A stretch of 64,000 nucleotides of DNA from a virus (Duplodnaviria; Caudoviricetes). Location: positions 64,001 to 128,000 of IMG/VR virus record IMGVR_UViG_3300030330_004701; one strand, written 5' to 3'. Below the pieces are notes generated by a model. That model saw only the letters and a program-made list of their open reading frames with translations. It had not been told where the DNA came from and did not search any database. Position numbers and translations under genes: made by a program. Positions within the stretch are counted from its first letter, which is position 1, and every line of letters begins with the position of its first letter. Of this stretch, positions 9,529-19,695 are shown piece after piece.

Positions 9529-10422
9529 TTATATTCCTTGTAATATATCAAGCTCTTGATGTGGACAGACAATCTCCTCAAAGTCGATTCCCTCAAGAGA
9601 AAGGCGTTTACCTTCCTCATATTCGTCTTTTAAGTCTAGAGCTACATAGCTGTAGCTATCTCCATTTCTATTCTTTATTTGATTTTGAACTCTGTTATTT
9701 GGCGAATTAACAACACAACTATATTCAGGGCAAGCCATTAAAGCTGGAAGATCAAAGAAATACATTTGCAGTTTGGCTTCAAACTCATTCGGCGTTTGTC
9801 TCCATGAATACTTTGCTCTAGGTACTCCGCGATTAGAGTAGTGTGCCTCCAATACACAAAGTTCATCACAGAATTTCAATAGTTTATTTTTTTCAAATAT
9901 GTGCGCATCAACAGAAAGTGGATACGCCCAATAACCTCCTACAGGGATGGAAGTCCTGTTCCAAATTAGCAGATTTCCTAAAGATCCTACCTCCTTCGGC
10001 AAAGCATCTTGCCTTAAAACACCATCACCATAGTCTCTCATGACAGTGTTTTTACCTAACCTCAAAGATATACATGACACTTGGTTTTCAAACGCTAGCT
10101 TAATATCTTCTTGTGTTAGAGATAGCTCTCTGTAAACAATGTTGTCATCGGTAAAAAAACAAACGTGTTCGTCTAACGAAGTATCGACGAGCTTTTTTAT
10201 ATCAGTGAATATACTTGCAGATTGTTTAACAAAGTTGACATCTTGATGCTCTTTAATTAGAGTCTGATATGAATTTTCGTGTTCTTTAGATGTGGTATAT
10301 AAAACATCAATGCGATGAATTGGGTATTCGTACTGTGTGCATGGTATGTGAGATTTTATGCTATTTAGAGTTAGGTCTAACTGAAGCGCTCTGTCTTTAC
10401 TAAATACGATTGAGGTAAACAT
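9529..10422 (-). CDS. Putative GT-A glycosyltransferase
   Basis: IVFSKDRALQLDLTL, FFTDD, YPLSVDAHIF, PNEFE. Confidence 0.55.
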   Translation of the reverse strand: MFTSIVFSKDRALQLDLTLNSIKSHIPCTQYEYPIHRIDVLYTTSKEHENSYQTLIKEHQDVNFVKQSASIFTDIKKLVDTSLDEHVCFFTDDNIVYRELSLTQEDIKLAFENQVSCISLRLGKNTVMRDYGDGVLRQDALPKEVGSLGNLLIWNRTSIPVGGYWAYPLSVDAHIFEKNKLLKFCDELCVLEAHYSNRGVPRAKYSWRQTPNEFEAKLQMYFFDLPALMACPEYSCVVNSPNNRVQNQIKNRNGDSYSYVALDLKDEYEEGKRLSLEGIDFEEIVCPHQELDILQGI

Positions 10423-11356
10423 CAAACTGCTCCTTGTTACCCATAAACCAATCTACTGTCTGTTCAAGGCCTTCTAGTAGATCTATTTGTGGTTCATATC
10501 CTAGCCTCTGCTGTGCCCGACTAATATCTAGTTGTCTTCTGGGTTGCCCGTCTGGATAGGCAGAATTGAAATATATAGCGCCGTTGTATCCCATAACTTC
10601 TGCGATTGTGTGAGCCAAATACTTGATCTGTATCTCACCGCCAGTGCCTATATTAATTGGTTCTGGAGACACATCGTTTTCCAAGCCCAAACTGATAGCA
10701 TTGGCACAATCATAAACGTGTAAGAATTCTCTACTTGCTTCACCAGTTCCCCAAACTTCTACTGATTCCAAATCAAACTTGATGGCCTTGTAGAACTTTA
10801 GTATCAGTGCGGGAATTACATGGCTTATAGCAGGGTCAAAATTATCATGAGGCCCATACATGTTAACAGGGATGAGATTAACACCGTTAAAGTTGTACTG
10901 CTCATGATACGATTGCACAAGCTGCATAAGTGCCTTCTTCGCAATTCCATATGGTGCATTTGTTTCTTCTGGGTATCCATTCCAAAGATCTTCCTCTTTA
11001 AAGGGTACGGGAGTAAACTTAGGGTAAGCACAAACAGTTCCAACCATGACAAACTTCTCGACCCTGTTAAGCCTAGACGCTTCAATAGTATTGGAACCCA
11101 TCACTAAATTATTATACATAAATAAACCGGGATTATCTTTATTGGCACCAATGCCCCCAACAGTTGCAGCAAGGTGAAGTACTACTTCGGGCTTTTCTTT
11201 TTTGAAAAAGTCAAGTGTTTCTTCGCAACAGGTCAGATCAACCGAGCTGCCTATGGGCAATAAGTTAGTATACCCTTTTGCTTCCAGCGTATCAACAACA
11301 GCCTTGCCCAAGAAGCCAGTTCCGCCAGTGATAAGAATTTTTTTATCTTTATGCAT
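10400..11356 (-). CDS. fcl: GDP-L-fucose synthase
   Basis: ITGGTGFLG, HLAATVGGIGAN, GTVCAYPK, YGIAKK, NMYGPHDNF, WGTGEASREFL. Confidence 0.95.
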   Translation of the reverse strand: MHKDKKILITGGTGFLGKAVVDTLEAKGYTNLLPIGSSVDLTCCEETLDFFKKEKPEVVLHLAATVGGIGANKDNPGLFMYNNLVMGSNTIEASRLNRVEKFVMVGTVCAYPKFTPVPFKEEDLWNGYPEETNAPYGIAKKALMQLVQSYHEQYNFNGVNLIPVNMYGPHDNFDPAISHVIPALILKFYKAIKFDLESVEVWGTGEASREFLHVYDCANAISLGLENDVSPEPINIGTGGEIQIKYLAHTIAEVMGYNGAIYFNSAYPDGQPRRQLDISRAQQRLGYEPQIDLLEGLEQTVDWFMGNKEQFDVYLNRI

Positions 11357-12392
11357 TTATCTCTCTCCTAGTTCTATCCCAGCCTTCAACTATGTTTGCA
11401 GCTTCTTGCTCGTACCCAAGATAGTTTAATATTTGTGATATCCTATGAAAGTTAGTATGATTTTCTAGCAAGAACTTTTGTCCTTGAGATGCTAGCTGCC
11501 GACGCTCATTTTCGTTGGCCAAATAGTAGTCAATCTTTTCCCTAAAATCTTGAGGGCCTTCTGCGAAGATCACGCCATTGCCTTCAAATATTTTTGCGAT
11601 AGATGTTATATTATCGGATATGCAAAAGCCTCCTGCACACAAAATCTTGAAACACCTTTCATTTATATCAAACCCATAATGATGCGCATGTGGCTCGCTT
11701 AGGTTAGGGCATATCTTTGCGGACGCAAAAAGGTCTTTTAACTTGTGGTCTTGTAAAAAACCGCAATACTGATTAATATGCCAAGGCTGATTACCAAAAA
11801 CTTTGATATTATATCTATCTACTGGATGACAAAGAGGTGTAAGAAATTGGTCTATGATGATACCTTTATGTGGCCAGTAACCTCCAACGAAGCCGATATC
11901 GCAAGCTAGGGAATCGTCATACTGGCCGCCAAAATATTCTTGTACATCGCCGCACATTATTACTGATTTTGCGTCTATACCAATCTTGCTGTAATTGGAG
12001 TGTGTCTGATCTACTGCTTCTTGATCGTAATGGATATGTACAAAATCTGGTTTTCCAGTTTCTTCTTTTAATTTTTTAAGAAGCTCAATTTCTTGTTCAG
12101 TGGCATGAAGGACATTTAATGTCGGGTCTTTTTGGAAGTCTCCCCAATCTCCCGCACGAAGTCCTATCTTTAGGTGTGGCCTCTCGTATATACATTTGAC
12201 TAGATCTGATGTCAAATTGTAAGACTGTCCTAAAAATACATCTGGTTCAAACAGGTCGAAGGCATCAAAAGCGGACATACTCTTGCAATCCCAAAGCTGG
12301 GCCTGTATGCCTACCGCATTAAAAGCTCGCAACCAAGATAGCCTCTGGAAATAATGAGCGTGTACACCATCGCTAGATATTAAAATTTTCAT
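11349..12392 (-). CDS. Glycosyltransferase (CgeB/Glyco_trans_1_2-like)
   Basis: DIGFVGG, SAKICPNL, INERCFKILCAGGFCISD, R.QLASQG...HT..HR. Confidence 0.75.
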   Translation of the reverse strand: MKILISSDGVHAHYFQRLSWLRAFNAVGIQAQLWDCKSMSAFDAFDLFEPDVFLGQSYNLTSDLVKCIYERPHLKIGLRAGDWGDFQKDPTLNVLHATEQEIELLKKLKEETGKPDFVHIHYDQEAVDQTHSNYSKIGIDAKSVIMCGDVQEYFGGQYDDSLACDIGFVGGYWPHKGIIIDQFLTPLCHPVDRYNIKVFGNQPWHINQYCGFLQDHKLKDLFASAKICPNLSEPHAHHYGFDINERCFKILCAGGFCISDNITSIAKIFEGNGVIFAEGPQDFREKIDYYLANENERRQLASQGQKFLLENHTNFHRISQILNYLGYEQEAANIVEGWDRTRREINA

Positions 12393-13080
12393 TCTTCAAG
12401 TCTTTCATACAGTCTATTTCTAATATTGATATTTTGTCTGGTTCAACAACCCTGATGTTTCCACCCTTATTTATTATAAGATTGAGCACTTCAAAAGTCA
12501 ACATGTTTTTTATATCTTCTGAATGTTTTATAAAAGCCGACCTAAGTAGCTTTAACTCCCTGCCACATAAGTAAATTATCTGGCACCATTTAAGATCTAA
12601 GCCATGAGAAAATATCGTAGCTTTATTTTTTACTTTGGTTACTCCTACTTCCCTATCTTGCATTGCTTGGTTTGAAGCAAGAACAAAAGACTTTCCATAA
12701 TCTAAATTCTGTAGCAACTCTTGACCAAAATAAAGATCTCCATGAAAAAACAGAATACTGTCAGCATCTGAATTATTCAAGATCAATCGCATTGTTTCTG
12801 CAGAGCCAGTAAATTCATATAGTTGATTTTCGATATACCTAGCGTTAAAACCTGTTTTCTTTATAATTTTGTTTGCACCTACGCCAACACCTACAATTAT
12901 CTCAGGCTCCGAGAAAACATTTCTAATAACTGATATCTGATGCTCAAGCAGCGTTTTATTGCCGACCTTGAGTAGAGAACGGGGCTCATTAGATTTTATT
13001 CTATTTCCAATTCCAGCAGAGAGTATACCTACTGTTGTAGTGATAGAATCTCTTTTAATTTTTTGAATGAATCTGTTCAT
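12373..13080 (-). CDS. Nucleotidyltransferase (LicC/MobA-like NTP transferase)
   Basis: ILSAGIGNRIKSNEPRSLL, FFHGDL, EIDCMKDL. Confidence 0.75.
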   Translation of the reverse strand: MNRFIQKIKRDSITTTVGILSAGIGNRIKSNEPRSLLKVGNKTLLEHQISVIRNVFSEPEIIVGVGVGANKIIKKTGFNARYIENQLYEFTGSAETMRLILNNSDADSILFFHGDLYFGQELLQNLDYGKSFVLASNQAMQDREVGVTKVKNKATIFSHGLDLKWCQIIYLCGRELKLLRSAFIKHSEDIKNMLTFEVLNLIINKGGNIRVVEPDKISILEIDCMKDLKNENFNI

Positions 13081-13891
13081 TACGCTTTCTTATTTTATCT
13101 GCGTTTTGTTGGAATATTTCTGGGGTCATCTTCATGGATTGGTTCAGGCCCGTCTCTCTTACATAAGATAGCGGTTCGGCAATGTGTGAAATCATACATA
13201 CATTTGAAAGCCTAAGCCATAAATCATAGTCTTCTATGCATCCTATAAAGCCCTGACTTCCGGGACCATGTAGGTTGCTATCATATATCTCTTTGTTGTC
13301 TAATAATATTTTTGATAGACATCTCTTTTTGATTAATCCAGCACTGTGTACTATGCACTGTCTTTCTAGCTCAAATTTGGAATATGGGTATTTGTATTCA
13401 TATTTTTGGTAGTCATTGTATCCATATGTTTTATGTATAATATAGTCTGAATATGTAACGCCTATTTCATCATGCTCAATCAGCTTTTGTACCTGTTTAG
13501 AAACTTTACTTGGATGATACAAATCATCCGCATCAAGAATGGCAAAGACATCTGCCCATTCCCAAGCTTCCCAAATTGCTACGTTCCTAGCGGTGCTAGC
13601 GCCCGAATTTTCAATATGGTAGCACCATAGGTTCATGTCACTACACTGAAATAATTTCATTTGACCTGTGTAATATGGCTCATTCACCTCATGAGAGTCT
13701 GTTATGGAGGATATGCTCTCTGAAGCGTAGCTTAGTAGTTTATCATAAGACCCATCCGAAGAACCATCGTCAATTACGTAAACACGCATTTGACCTTCGT
13801 AGTCCTGCTTAAGGGCACTATCTATAGCATCTAGAACAAACTCACCATAATTGTAATTGGTTATTACAACAGCTACATTAGGCAGATTCAT
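13055..13891 (-). CDS. Glycosyltransferase family 2
   Basis: VVITNYN, VIDDGSSD, NSGASTARN, LDADD, EDYDLWLR. Confidence 0.9.
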   Translation of the reverse strand: MNLPNVAVVITNYNYGEFVLDAIDSALKQDYEGQMRVYVIDDGSSDGSYDKLLSYASESISSITDSHEVNEPYYTGQMKLFQCSDMNLWCYHIENSGASTARNVAIWEAWEWADVFAILDADDLYHPSKVSKQVQKLIEHDEIGVTYSDYIIHKTYGYNDYQKYEYKYPYSKFELERQCIVHSAGLIKKRCLSKILLDNKEIYDSNLHGPGSQGFIGCIEDYDLWLRLSNVCMISHIAEPLSYVRETGLNQSMKMTPEIFQQNADKIRKRNEQIHSKN

Positions 13892-14690
13892 CTATGAATT
13901 CCTTCCAAGTTATAATAGTGTCTGGATCTGATGTGTTCATGCCCTCGACTTTTTCGACAAAGCTAAGGGTCATATCTTCTCCCGTGTCTTTGTGTTGCAG
14001 CTTTCTGCTACCGTCTAAAAACTTATATATGGCTGTCTGAAATATCATACCATTCAAATCATCATACGGCTTAACCAATACAAGTCTCTTCATATCTACA
14101 TTTATTCTGTCATGAATCTTCTGTAAAAGATCGAGCCTAACATTCTCTCCGCTGGTCGTGACATAAGCCCAACCATTCTTAGCGTGCCTGAAGGCTTCAT
14201 CCAGCAGGAAGTCATTTTTGCTATCGACTAATGTCTGCACAATGTGAAACTCTGTTTCTTCAAAGTCAAAGTTCTTTCTGAGTATTTCGTGCAGTTGCTC
14301 GTTGTATTCAACTCTAGAATTAATTAGTGCTATATATCGAGCTTGACCAAAGCTCTGTTCTTTAATATCTTTTAGTGTTACCTTGAGACGATCAATCATC
14401 CCTTCTTCGCTGTCTAGAAAAATAAAGAAGCCAAGTCTTGGGCAGACCTCTCTCATAACAGTATTCACCATGTCCTGCTTTTCTTCATCAGATAAGATAA
14501 TCCTCCACTCTTCAGGCCTGTAGGTGTTACAAAATCTATTGAATGTATAATGGTGTTTTTCGCCGTCCATCAATAAATCATTTTTCGGATTAAGTTTTTC
14601 TGCTCTATTTAACTTACAGCCAGTTTGTGTGTCTTTTGTATATTCCGCAAACAGGCAGCCTTTACAGCTAGTTTGAACTTGCATTTGCAA
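13878..14690 (-). CDS. Hypothetical protein (N-terminal CxxC...C...C)
   Basis: 270 aa ORF, translationally coupled. Confidence 0.5.
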   Translation of the reverse strand: MQMQVQTSCKGCLFAEYTKDTQTGCKLNRAEKLNPKNDLLMDGEKHHYTFNRFCNTYRPEEWRIILSDEEKQDMVNTVMREVCPRLGFFIFLDSEEGMIDRLKVTLKDIKEQSFGQARYIALINSRVEYNEQLHEILRKNFDFEETEFHIVQTLVDSKNDFLLDEAFRHAKNGWAYVTTSGENVRLDLLQKIHDRINVDMKRLVLVKPYDDLNGMIFQTAIYKFLDGSRKLQHKDTGEDMTLSFVEKVEGMNTSDPDTIITWKEFIDESA

Positions 14691-15111
14691 CCCTCCTTGA
14701 TGTTATAATAGCTTGCATAGTTTCATTATCTAATGTTTTTTGTGTGATTTGCAAGTTACTACCTTTTACTATATCAGCAATAGTTTCGATATTTAAGACG
14801 CAACCAACAGTTGGGCAGTCTTCAAATAGAATTGAATTTATATCTGACAGAGCCATGCCTGTTTTATTATAAGTATAGGACAGGATGTCAATGTCTTTTT
14901 GGTAGATAACTAATTTTGAATTAAGTCTCATTTTAGAGACTATCTTATTTAAAATATATTCTAGAGACTCAAAATTAAAAGCAGACAAGAAGCTGTCCAC
15001 AATTATTTCTGTCGCCTCATTATCATCCACAACAGAGTCTATGGTGGAGAAGTCGCTTACCCATACGTGACTTTTGCTTTCTGGGTCGGTGTGTGAAAGT
15101 ATAATTTTCAT
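14668..15111 (-). CDS. Hypothetical protein (possibly a degenerate methyltransferase fold)
   Basis: 147 aa ORF; DDNEATEI...LNKIVSKMRLNSKLVI resembles MTase motifs without the SAM glycine loop. Confidence 0.4.
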   Translation of the reverse strand: MKIILSHTDPESKSHVWVSDFSTIDSVVDDNEATEIIVDSFLSAFNFESLEYILNKIVSKMRLNSKLVIYQKDIDILSYTYNKTGMALSDINSILFEDCPTVGCVLNIETIADIVKGSNLQITQKTLDNETMQAIITSRRVANASSN

Positions 15112-16130
15112 TATTTTTTGTAATCCCTTATAACTTTGAAAAACAAGTCGTTCCAGTTTTTAGTAAATCTGTCAAGACTGTAATTATCTTTAATTGTATT
15201 CCTTGCATTTTCTCCAAGCCTTCTGGCTTCTTGAGGGTTGTCAAGAAGAAATTGACAAGATGCGCGTAGCTCATCTGCGGTATCCGCAAGTAACCCATTC
15301 TCACCATGCTGGATTATTTCTGGAATCATACAATTATTAGTGCTGACGATTGCGCAACCACAAGCCATTGCTTCCATTAGAACGGTTGGTACGGGCGAGT
15401 GTATGGAGGTATTCAAAAACACTGATGCGCTCTTATATGCATCTCTTAGATCTTCAATACTATCTGCAGGCTCAGAGAATCCGGGGCTACTGCCAAGAAC
15501 CTTTACTGGCAACATACCTTCATCTGTTCTGATTATTTCATTCCAAAGATTCCAGCCACAGCACCAGTCTCTATTTGGCCACTCGTTGACAACAGAAAGT
15601 AGCACGTTTTCTCTCTGCAGTTCTTCGCCAGTTTGCCAGAAGTCATAATCCATACCATGCTCAACAAAGCTGGTGTTTTCTCCCTGCTTCTTTCCCCAAG
15701 CATCCATATTGTACTCAGAAATGAAACTGTCATGATCAACAGAAATAGAATTGAAAGCTTGGACCTGCTGTTCGACATCAAATCTAATATCCGGCAATAC
15801 ATGAGTATGCCTGATAATTGGTATATTGTACATAGCTTGTAAGTTCTTGGAAAACTGCAGTCTCTCACAACTCGTATGAGAAAGTATAAGATCAAATTGC
15901 AAGTGCCAAGGTATTATCTTTATTTCTTGATAATTATCTGGTATCTCTCCATAGTCTTTATTCCATAGCTTGCCTTGTGCTACAGAATAAAAATTGTGTC
16001 CAGTTTTGCACAAATTTTGCTCATACCTTTCATGCGTACAGAAAGTTAATATGTTTAACTTGTCTGTATCTTTTAAGGTTGCGCGACGAACCATAGATTT
16101 TATAGATACTTGGTTTGCTTGACTACTCAT
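15111..16130 (-). CDS. Glycosyltransferase family 4
   Basis: VFLNTS...PTVLMEAMACGCAIVST...EIIQHGENG. Confidence 0.9.
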   Translation of the reverse strand: MSSQANQVSIKSMVRRATLKDTDKLNILTFCTHERYEQNLCKTGHNFYSVAQGKLWNKDYGEIPDNYQEIKIIPWHLQFDLILSHTSCERLQFSKNLQAMYNIPIIRHTHVLPDIRFDVEQQVQAFNSISVDHDSFISEYNMDAWGKKQGENTSFVEHGMDYDFWQTGEELQRENVLLSVVNEWPNRDWCCGWNLWNEIIRTDEGMLPVKVLGSSPGFSEPADSIEDLRDAYKSASVFLNTSIHSPVPTVLMEAMACGCAIVSTNNCMIPEIIQHGENGLLADTADELRASCQFLLDNPQEARRLGENARNTIKDNYSLDRFTKNWNDLFFKVIRDYKK

Positions 16131-17229
16131 AAAGTAACTCCTTCAACCGCCTTCCAACTCTCATGTTACTATAATTCTCTGCCTTAAGCTGGGCATCTGC
16201 ACAAATTAAATCATATTTTTCTTTATCGTTCTTATATGTTTCGTAAGCGACTCTCATGGCTGAGGCCAAATGTTCTATACTGGGTTCCATCCATTTTGTG
16301 TGAGATGTATACATATAGTCTAAAGAATCGGTGGCGTTATAGCAGGACTTTGCTTCAGACTCTACTTTCCATCCATGACAAAAGTCATCCATTCCTGTAT
16401 TGCCAGTGTAAATAACGGGCATGCCAATTGCCATAGATTCAAGGGCCGGTATGCACCAAGCTTCGCCAAAGCTAGGCATTACAAAACATTGACACTTTGA
16501 CATTAAAGACAGTAGGTGTCTATCTTCTAAGTGACCCGAAATAGCTATCTCTTTTTTGTACTTTGTTCTTATTTTCAGTTTTGACTTAACCGAATCAGAA
16601 AGCTGCTTAAATGCATTCAAAGTATCGTCACTGGATAAGCCTGACTTGCTTATTTTTAACATTAAGTTTACGGGTTCTGACGGATGAAATTCTGAATGAA
16701 AAGCCCTTAGTAAGCCTTCAATGTTTTTTCTATTTATCATTTCCCCCACAAAACAAAAGTTGAAACATCCATCGAATTCTGCAGCGCTGGCACAGTCTTC
16801 TATGTTCTTGTATTTTGCCAGATCTAGAGAGTGAGGCGCAACTTTTATGGGCACCTTTACCCCGCTTTTATGGCAAGCTTCAACCATTTGATTATTCGGA
16901 ACCCAAACTTCGTCCATCATATTTATGTGTTTCTGCCACATTGTTTCTGTAAAAGTAACAGTCTCAGTCACAAAGAAGCCAATGTTTTTTAGGTTGGAAT
17001 TATAACTATATAAAGGTGGTAACGTATGGTAGATACACGCATCGCAGTTAGCGTCACTTTTGCTTTCTAGTTCTGTAACTGTAGGATGTATATCCGCATG
17101 AGAATTATTAAAAGTTATAGCCCTTGGTACTACATCTACTCCAGCAGAGTGCAAAGCCAAAATATTATTTAGCGAAGCATAGCCCCAACCAGTTCTATCT
17201 TTATAGTTACCGATATAAAGTGTTTTCAT
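16123..17229 (-). CDS. Glycosyltransferase family 4
   Basis: RKNIEGLLRAF, FVMPSFGEAWCIPALESMAIGMPVI. Confidence 0.9.
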   Translation of the reverse strand: MKTLYIGNYKDRTGWGYASLNNILALHSAGVDVVPRAITFNNSHADIHPTVTELESKSDANCDACIYHTLPPLYSYNSNLKNIGFFVTETVTFTETMWQKHINMMDEVWVPNNQMVEACHKSGVKVPIKVAPHSLDLAKYKNIEDCASAAEFDGCFNFCFVGEMINRKNIEGLLRAFHSEFHPSEPVNLMLKISKSGLSSDDTLNAFKQLSDSVKSKLKIRTKYKKEIAISGHLEDRHLLSLMSKCQCFVMPSFGEAWCIPALESMAIGMPVIYTGNTGMDDFCHGWKVESEAKSCYNATDSLDYMYTSHTKWMEPSIEHLASAMRVAYETYKNDKEKYDLICADAQLKAENYSNMRVGRRLKELLYE

Positions 17230-18862
17230 TTTTTAGCCTTTGTGTTCTGATTTTTTCCCATTCATTATGGGTGTGTCTCATTTTTGCCATGTATTCATAT
17301 GCTTGTTCAACATTGAAAGAAGCCCAAGACCTGATATCATTATTAGTATGTGATTCATTAAAATACCAGTCTACATTCGTATTTACGACAGTACATTTAT
17401 ACATCAAGTCCTTGAGCGTTCTTTTCCATTGGTAGTTCCCTATCCACTCAGGCTTCCTCAAAACTGAATCAAACAGGAAGTTGACCTGATCTTTCACAGT
17501 TAATCCATCCGGCATTTTAGGAGCAGGATCAAACAACCTTGGCGGAGAGTACCATGTCTCCGATGGGTCTTTTACGGGAGTTGAAGCATAGTAGTTCGCC
17601 CAAATCTCAGCAGTCTTGTCCCAATTGTATCTCTGTAAAGTTTTTTGTCTCATGCCAAAACCTAGCTGTTTGAGCTTTTCTTTGCGCATACCATATAGCT
17701 CAACAAATTTCAGTAGAGTAAAGTCGTTGTTGGGAATTGCTCTCTTGCATCCAGTTTCGCATTCTGTTTGGAGCGTCAAAAGAGGAATCTTAATTGCCCC
17801 AATATTGTCTCCAACAGAGTCCATTGCTGAGTATGAAACTGTCATAATAGGAACTCCAGACTGACTAGCTTCTAGCTGGGGCATTCCAAAACCTTCACTA
17901 TTTGCATACTGGACATAAACATCGAAAAGGTTATATACTTGTGCCAAATCCTCTTCTTCAATTTTGTTATTCACTCCAACAAGTTCGCTTTTAAACGAAT
18001 TGCATTGTCGGCAATGATTAAACGTGTCCTTGAAAAAGCACGGTTCAATATGCCCACAGTTTTTACATTTATAAGTAAACAACACTCTGTTTGTCAGGTC
18101 ATACTCTTGTAAAAGCTCTGGAATATCCCATCCAACATCTGGATAATATGTGTGACAGTACAAGAAGGCGTTTGAGGCTTTGGTAGTATCTAGAAACTCT
18201 CTAAAAGTTTTGAATAGATCTGGGTACAACTTACGTCTCTGGTTGCGCATTACTGTACCAAATATGAAAGAGTCTGCTGTCAGACCCAGAGATTCTTTAT
18301 GTGCTTCTTTATCTGGTACAGGAGAAAAATTTTGACTTGCGCAAGGAGATGCCACATCAATAAAGTTCAAATCTCTGCATTGATTTAGTAAAACATCTCT
18401 GCCGAATTCGGAATATGCAAACACTGCATCCGCAGTAGCGAAGGTGTCCAACCATTGTTTGTTTTGTGGGAATGCATCTACTGTAGGCATGATAGTCCAG
18501 CTGTAGAAGTCTCTATAGGTAGATCTTTGCTGAAATTCAAACATCCACCAATCCCTAATGTCCATCACGAAATCAGGCTTGAAGTCAAGCAAGACATGAT
18601 TAAAAGTATACTCGCCAAATTCATAAGTGGGAGATGATTTATACTCATTCCACTCAGGCGTGTTTCTTTCTGGTTGATTGCCGTAAATCTTCCAACCTTT
18701 AGCATTTTTCTTAACGGACTCATCACTAGCATAGCAAGCTAACTCTGCAACCTCAAACCGAGGGTCTGCGTGTAATCTAGTTAGTAGCTCTTTTGTGTAA
18801 ACAGAATATCCTGTTGGTAGGTAATGAGCTTCTGTACAAAAAAGTATTCTTTTAGGTCTCAT
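17207..18862 (-). CDS. Glycosyltransferase family 4 with inserted zinc ribbon
   Basis: MRNQRRK, CKNC...CRQC, NSEGFGMPQLEASQSGVP; start at ATG 18862. Confidence 0.85.
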   Translation of the reverse strand: MRPKRILFCTEAHYLPTGYSVYTKELLTRLHADPRFEVAELACYASDESVKKNAKGWKIYGNQPERNTPEWNEYKSSPTYEFGEYTFNHVLLDFKPDFVMDIRDWWMFEFQQRSTYRDFYSWTIMPTVDAFPQNKQWLDTFATADAVFAYSEFGRDVLLNQCRDLNFIDVASPCASQNFSPVPDKEAHKESLGLTADSFIFGTVMRNQRRKLYPDLFKTFREFLDTTKASNAFLYCHTYYPDVGWDIPELLQEYDLTNRVLFTYKCKNCGHIEPCFFKDTFNHCRQCNSFKSELVGVNNKIEEEDLAQVYNLFDVYVQYANSEGFGMPQLEASQSGVPIMTVSYSAMDSVGDNIGAIKIPLLTLQTECETGCKRAIPNNDFTLLKFVELYGMRKEKLKQLGFGMRQKTLQRYNWDKTAEIWANYYASTPVKDPSETWYSPPRLFDPAPKMPDGLTVKDQVNFLFDSVLRKPEWIGNYQWKRTLKDLMYKCTVVNTNVDWYFNESHTNNDIRSWASFNVEQAYEYMAKMRHTHNEWEKIRTQRLKNENTLYR

Positions 18863-19334
18863 ATCTTTGTATCTTTCCAACTCCAGAATAAAACAAATTA
18901 TAATATTCTTTTTTAGTCAGTGTTAGCATGTCGCATATCTCTTTTCTACTGAATCCTTGTGATTTCATATCTAGGATGAAAGACTCAGCGGGCAAAAGCC
19001 TGCTTGCGCAAGACGCTAGTACATTCTTGAAATCATTAACATAGGATTTGTCATCATAGCTAACAGTCACTGTAGAATTAGTAACATTGTTATTTTGCCA
19101 CCTTAATTCTTTTCTTAGGAATCTGTTGAGGTTATTCTTAACACAGGAAAAAATATAGGGTCGCAGAGGCCCAATGTTGGAGTCAAAGCTGCTGACAGCC
19201 TTAAAATACCCAACAAAAGCTACTTGCAATAAGTCTTCAAATTCAAAGGAATTGGCACAACCTCCAAACTGAACGACCAAAGAGATTATAATGTCAAAAT
19301 TCTCTTCGATACTAACAGGATCACTCTGTGTCAT
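18852..19334 (-). CDS. Sigma-70-family (ECF-size) RNA polymerase sigma factor
   Basis: EDLLQVAFVGYFKAVSSFD...Y...V.N (region 2), QGFSRKEICDML (region 4); start at ATG 19334. Confidence 0.75.
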   Translation of the reverse strand: MTQSDPVSIEENFDIIISLVVQFGGCANSFEFEDLLQVAFVGYFKAVSSFDSNIGPLRPYIFSCVKNNLNRFLRKELRWQNNNVTNSTVTVSYDDKSYVNDFKNVLASCASRLLPAESFILDMKSQGFSRKEICDMLTLTKKEYYNLFYSGVGKIQRYET

Positions 19335-19659
19335 CTGTGTCTCTGTCTTTAAAGACTCTAAAATTTTGAACTCTGAAAGCAACCTTTTGTCTTGGTTGAC
19401 CGTTTGAATCATTCCATTTTTCCTGTCTAGCCACAGCATTAACAGCGATCATGTCGCCTTTGCTACATAGTTTATGTATAGTAAGAGCTCCACTATCCCA
19501 AGCAGAAAAGTCAAAAAAATCAACGCGCTTTACCTTGTTTCCGTTCTTATCTTTCCTGTGCTCCTCGATAGCGAGCGAAAAAGTTGCCAGCTTCGTGCTA
19601 CCAACATCTTTTATTACTGGGTCTGCAGTCAGCCTACCCACAAATGTACAATTATTCAT
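19321..19659 (-). CDS. ssb: Single-stranded DNA-binding protein
   Basis: MNNCTFVGRLTADP, FSLAI, FFDFSAW, KGDMIAV, acidic C-terminus. Confidence 0.9.
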   Translation of the reverse strand: MNNCTFVGRLTADPVIKDVGSTKLATFSLAIEEHRKDKNGNKVKRVDFFDFSAWDSGALTIHKLCSKGDMIAVNAVARQEKWNDSNGQPRQKVAFRVQNFRVFKDRDTDDTE

Positions 19660-19695
19660 AAATATACTCCAAATACAATATATTTTAACTATAAG

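Noticed and set aside
1150-18862. Cellular LPS/capsule locus
   Set aside because: No wzx, wzy, wzm/wzt or initiating transferase, and the block is directly coupled to a phage replisome operon.
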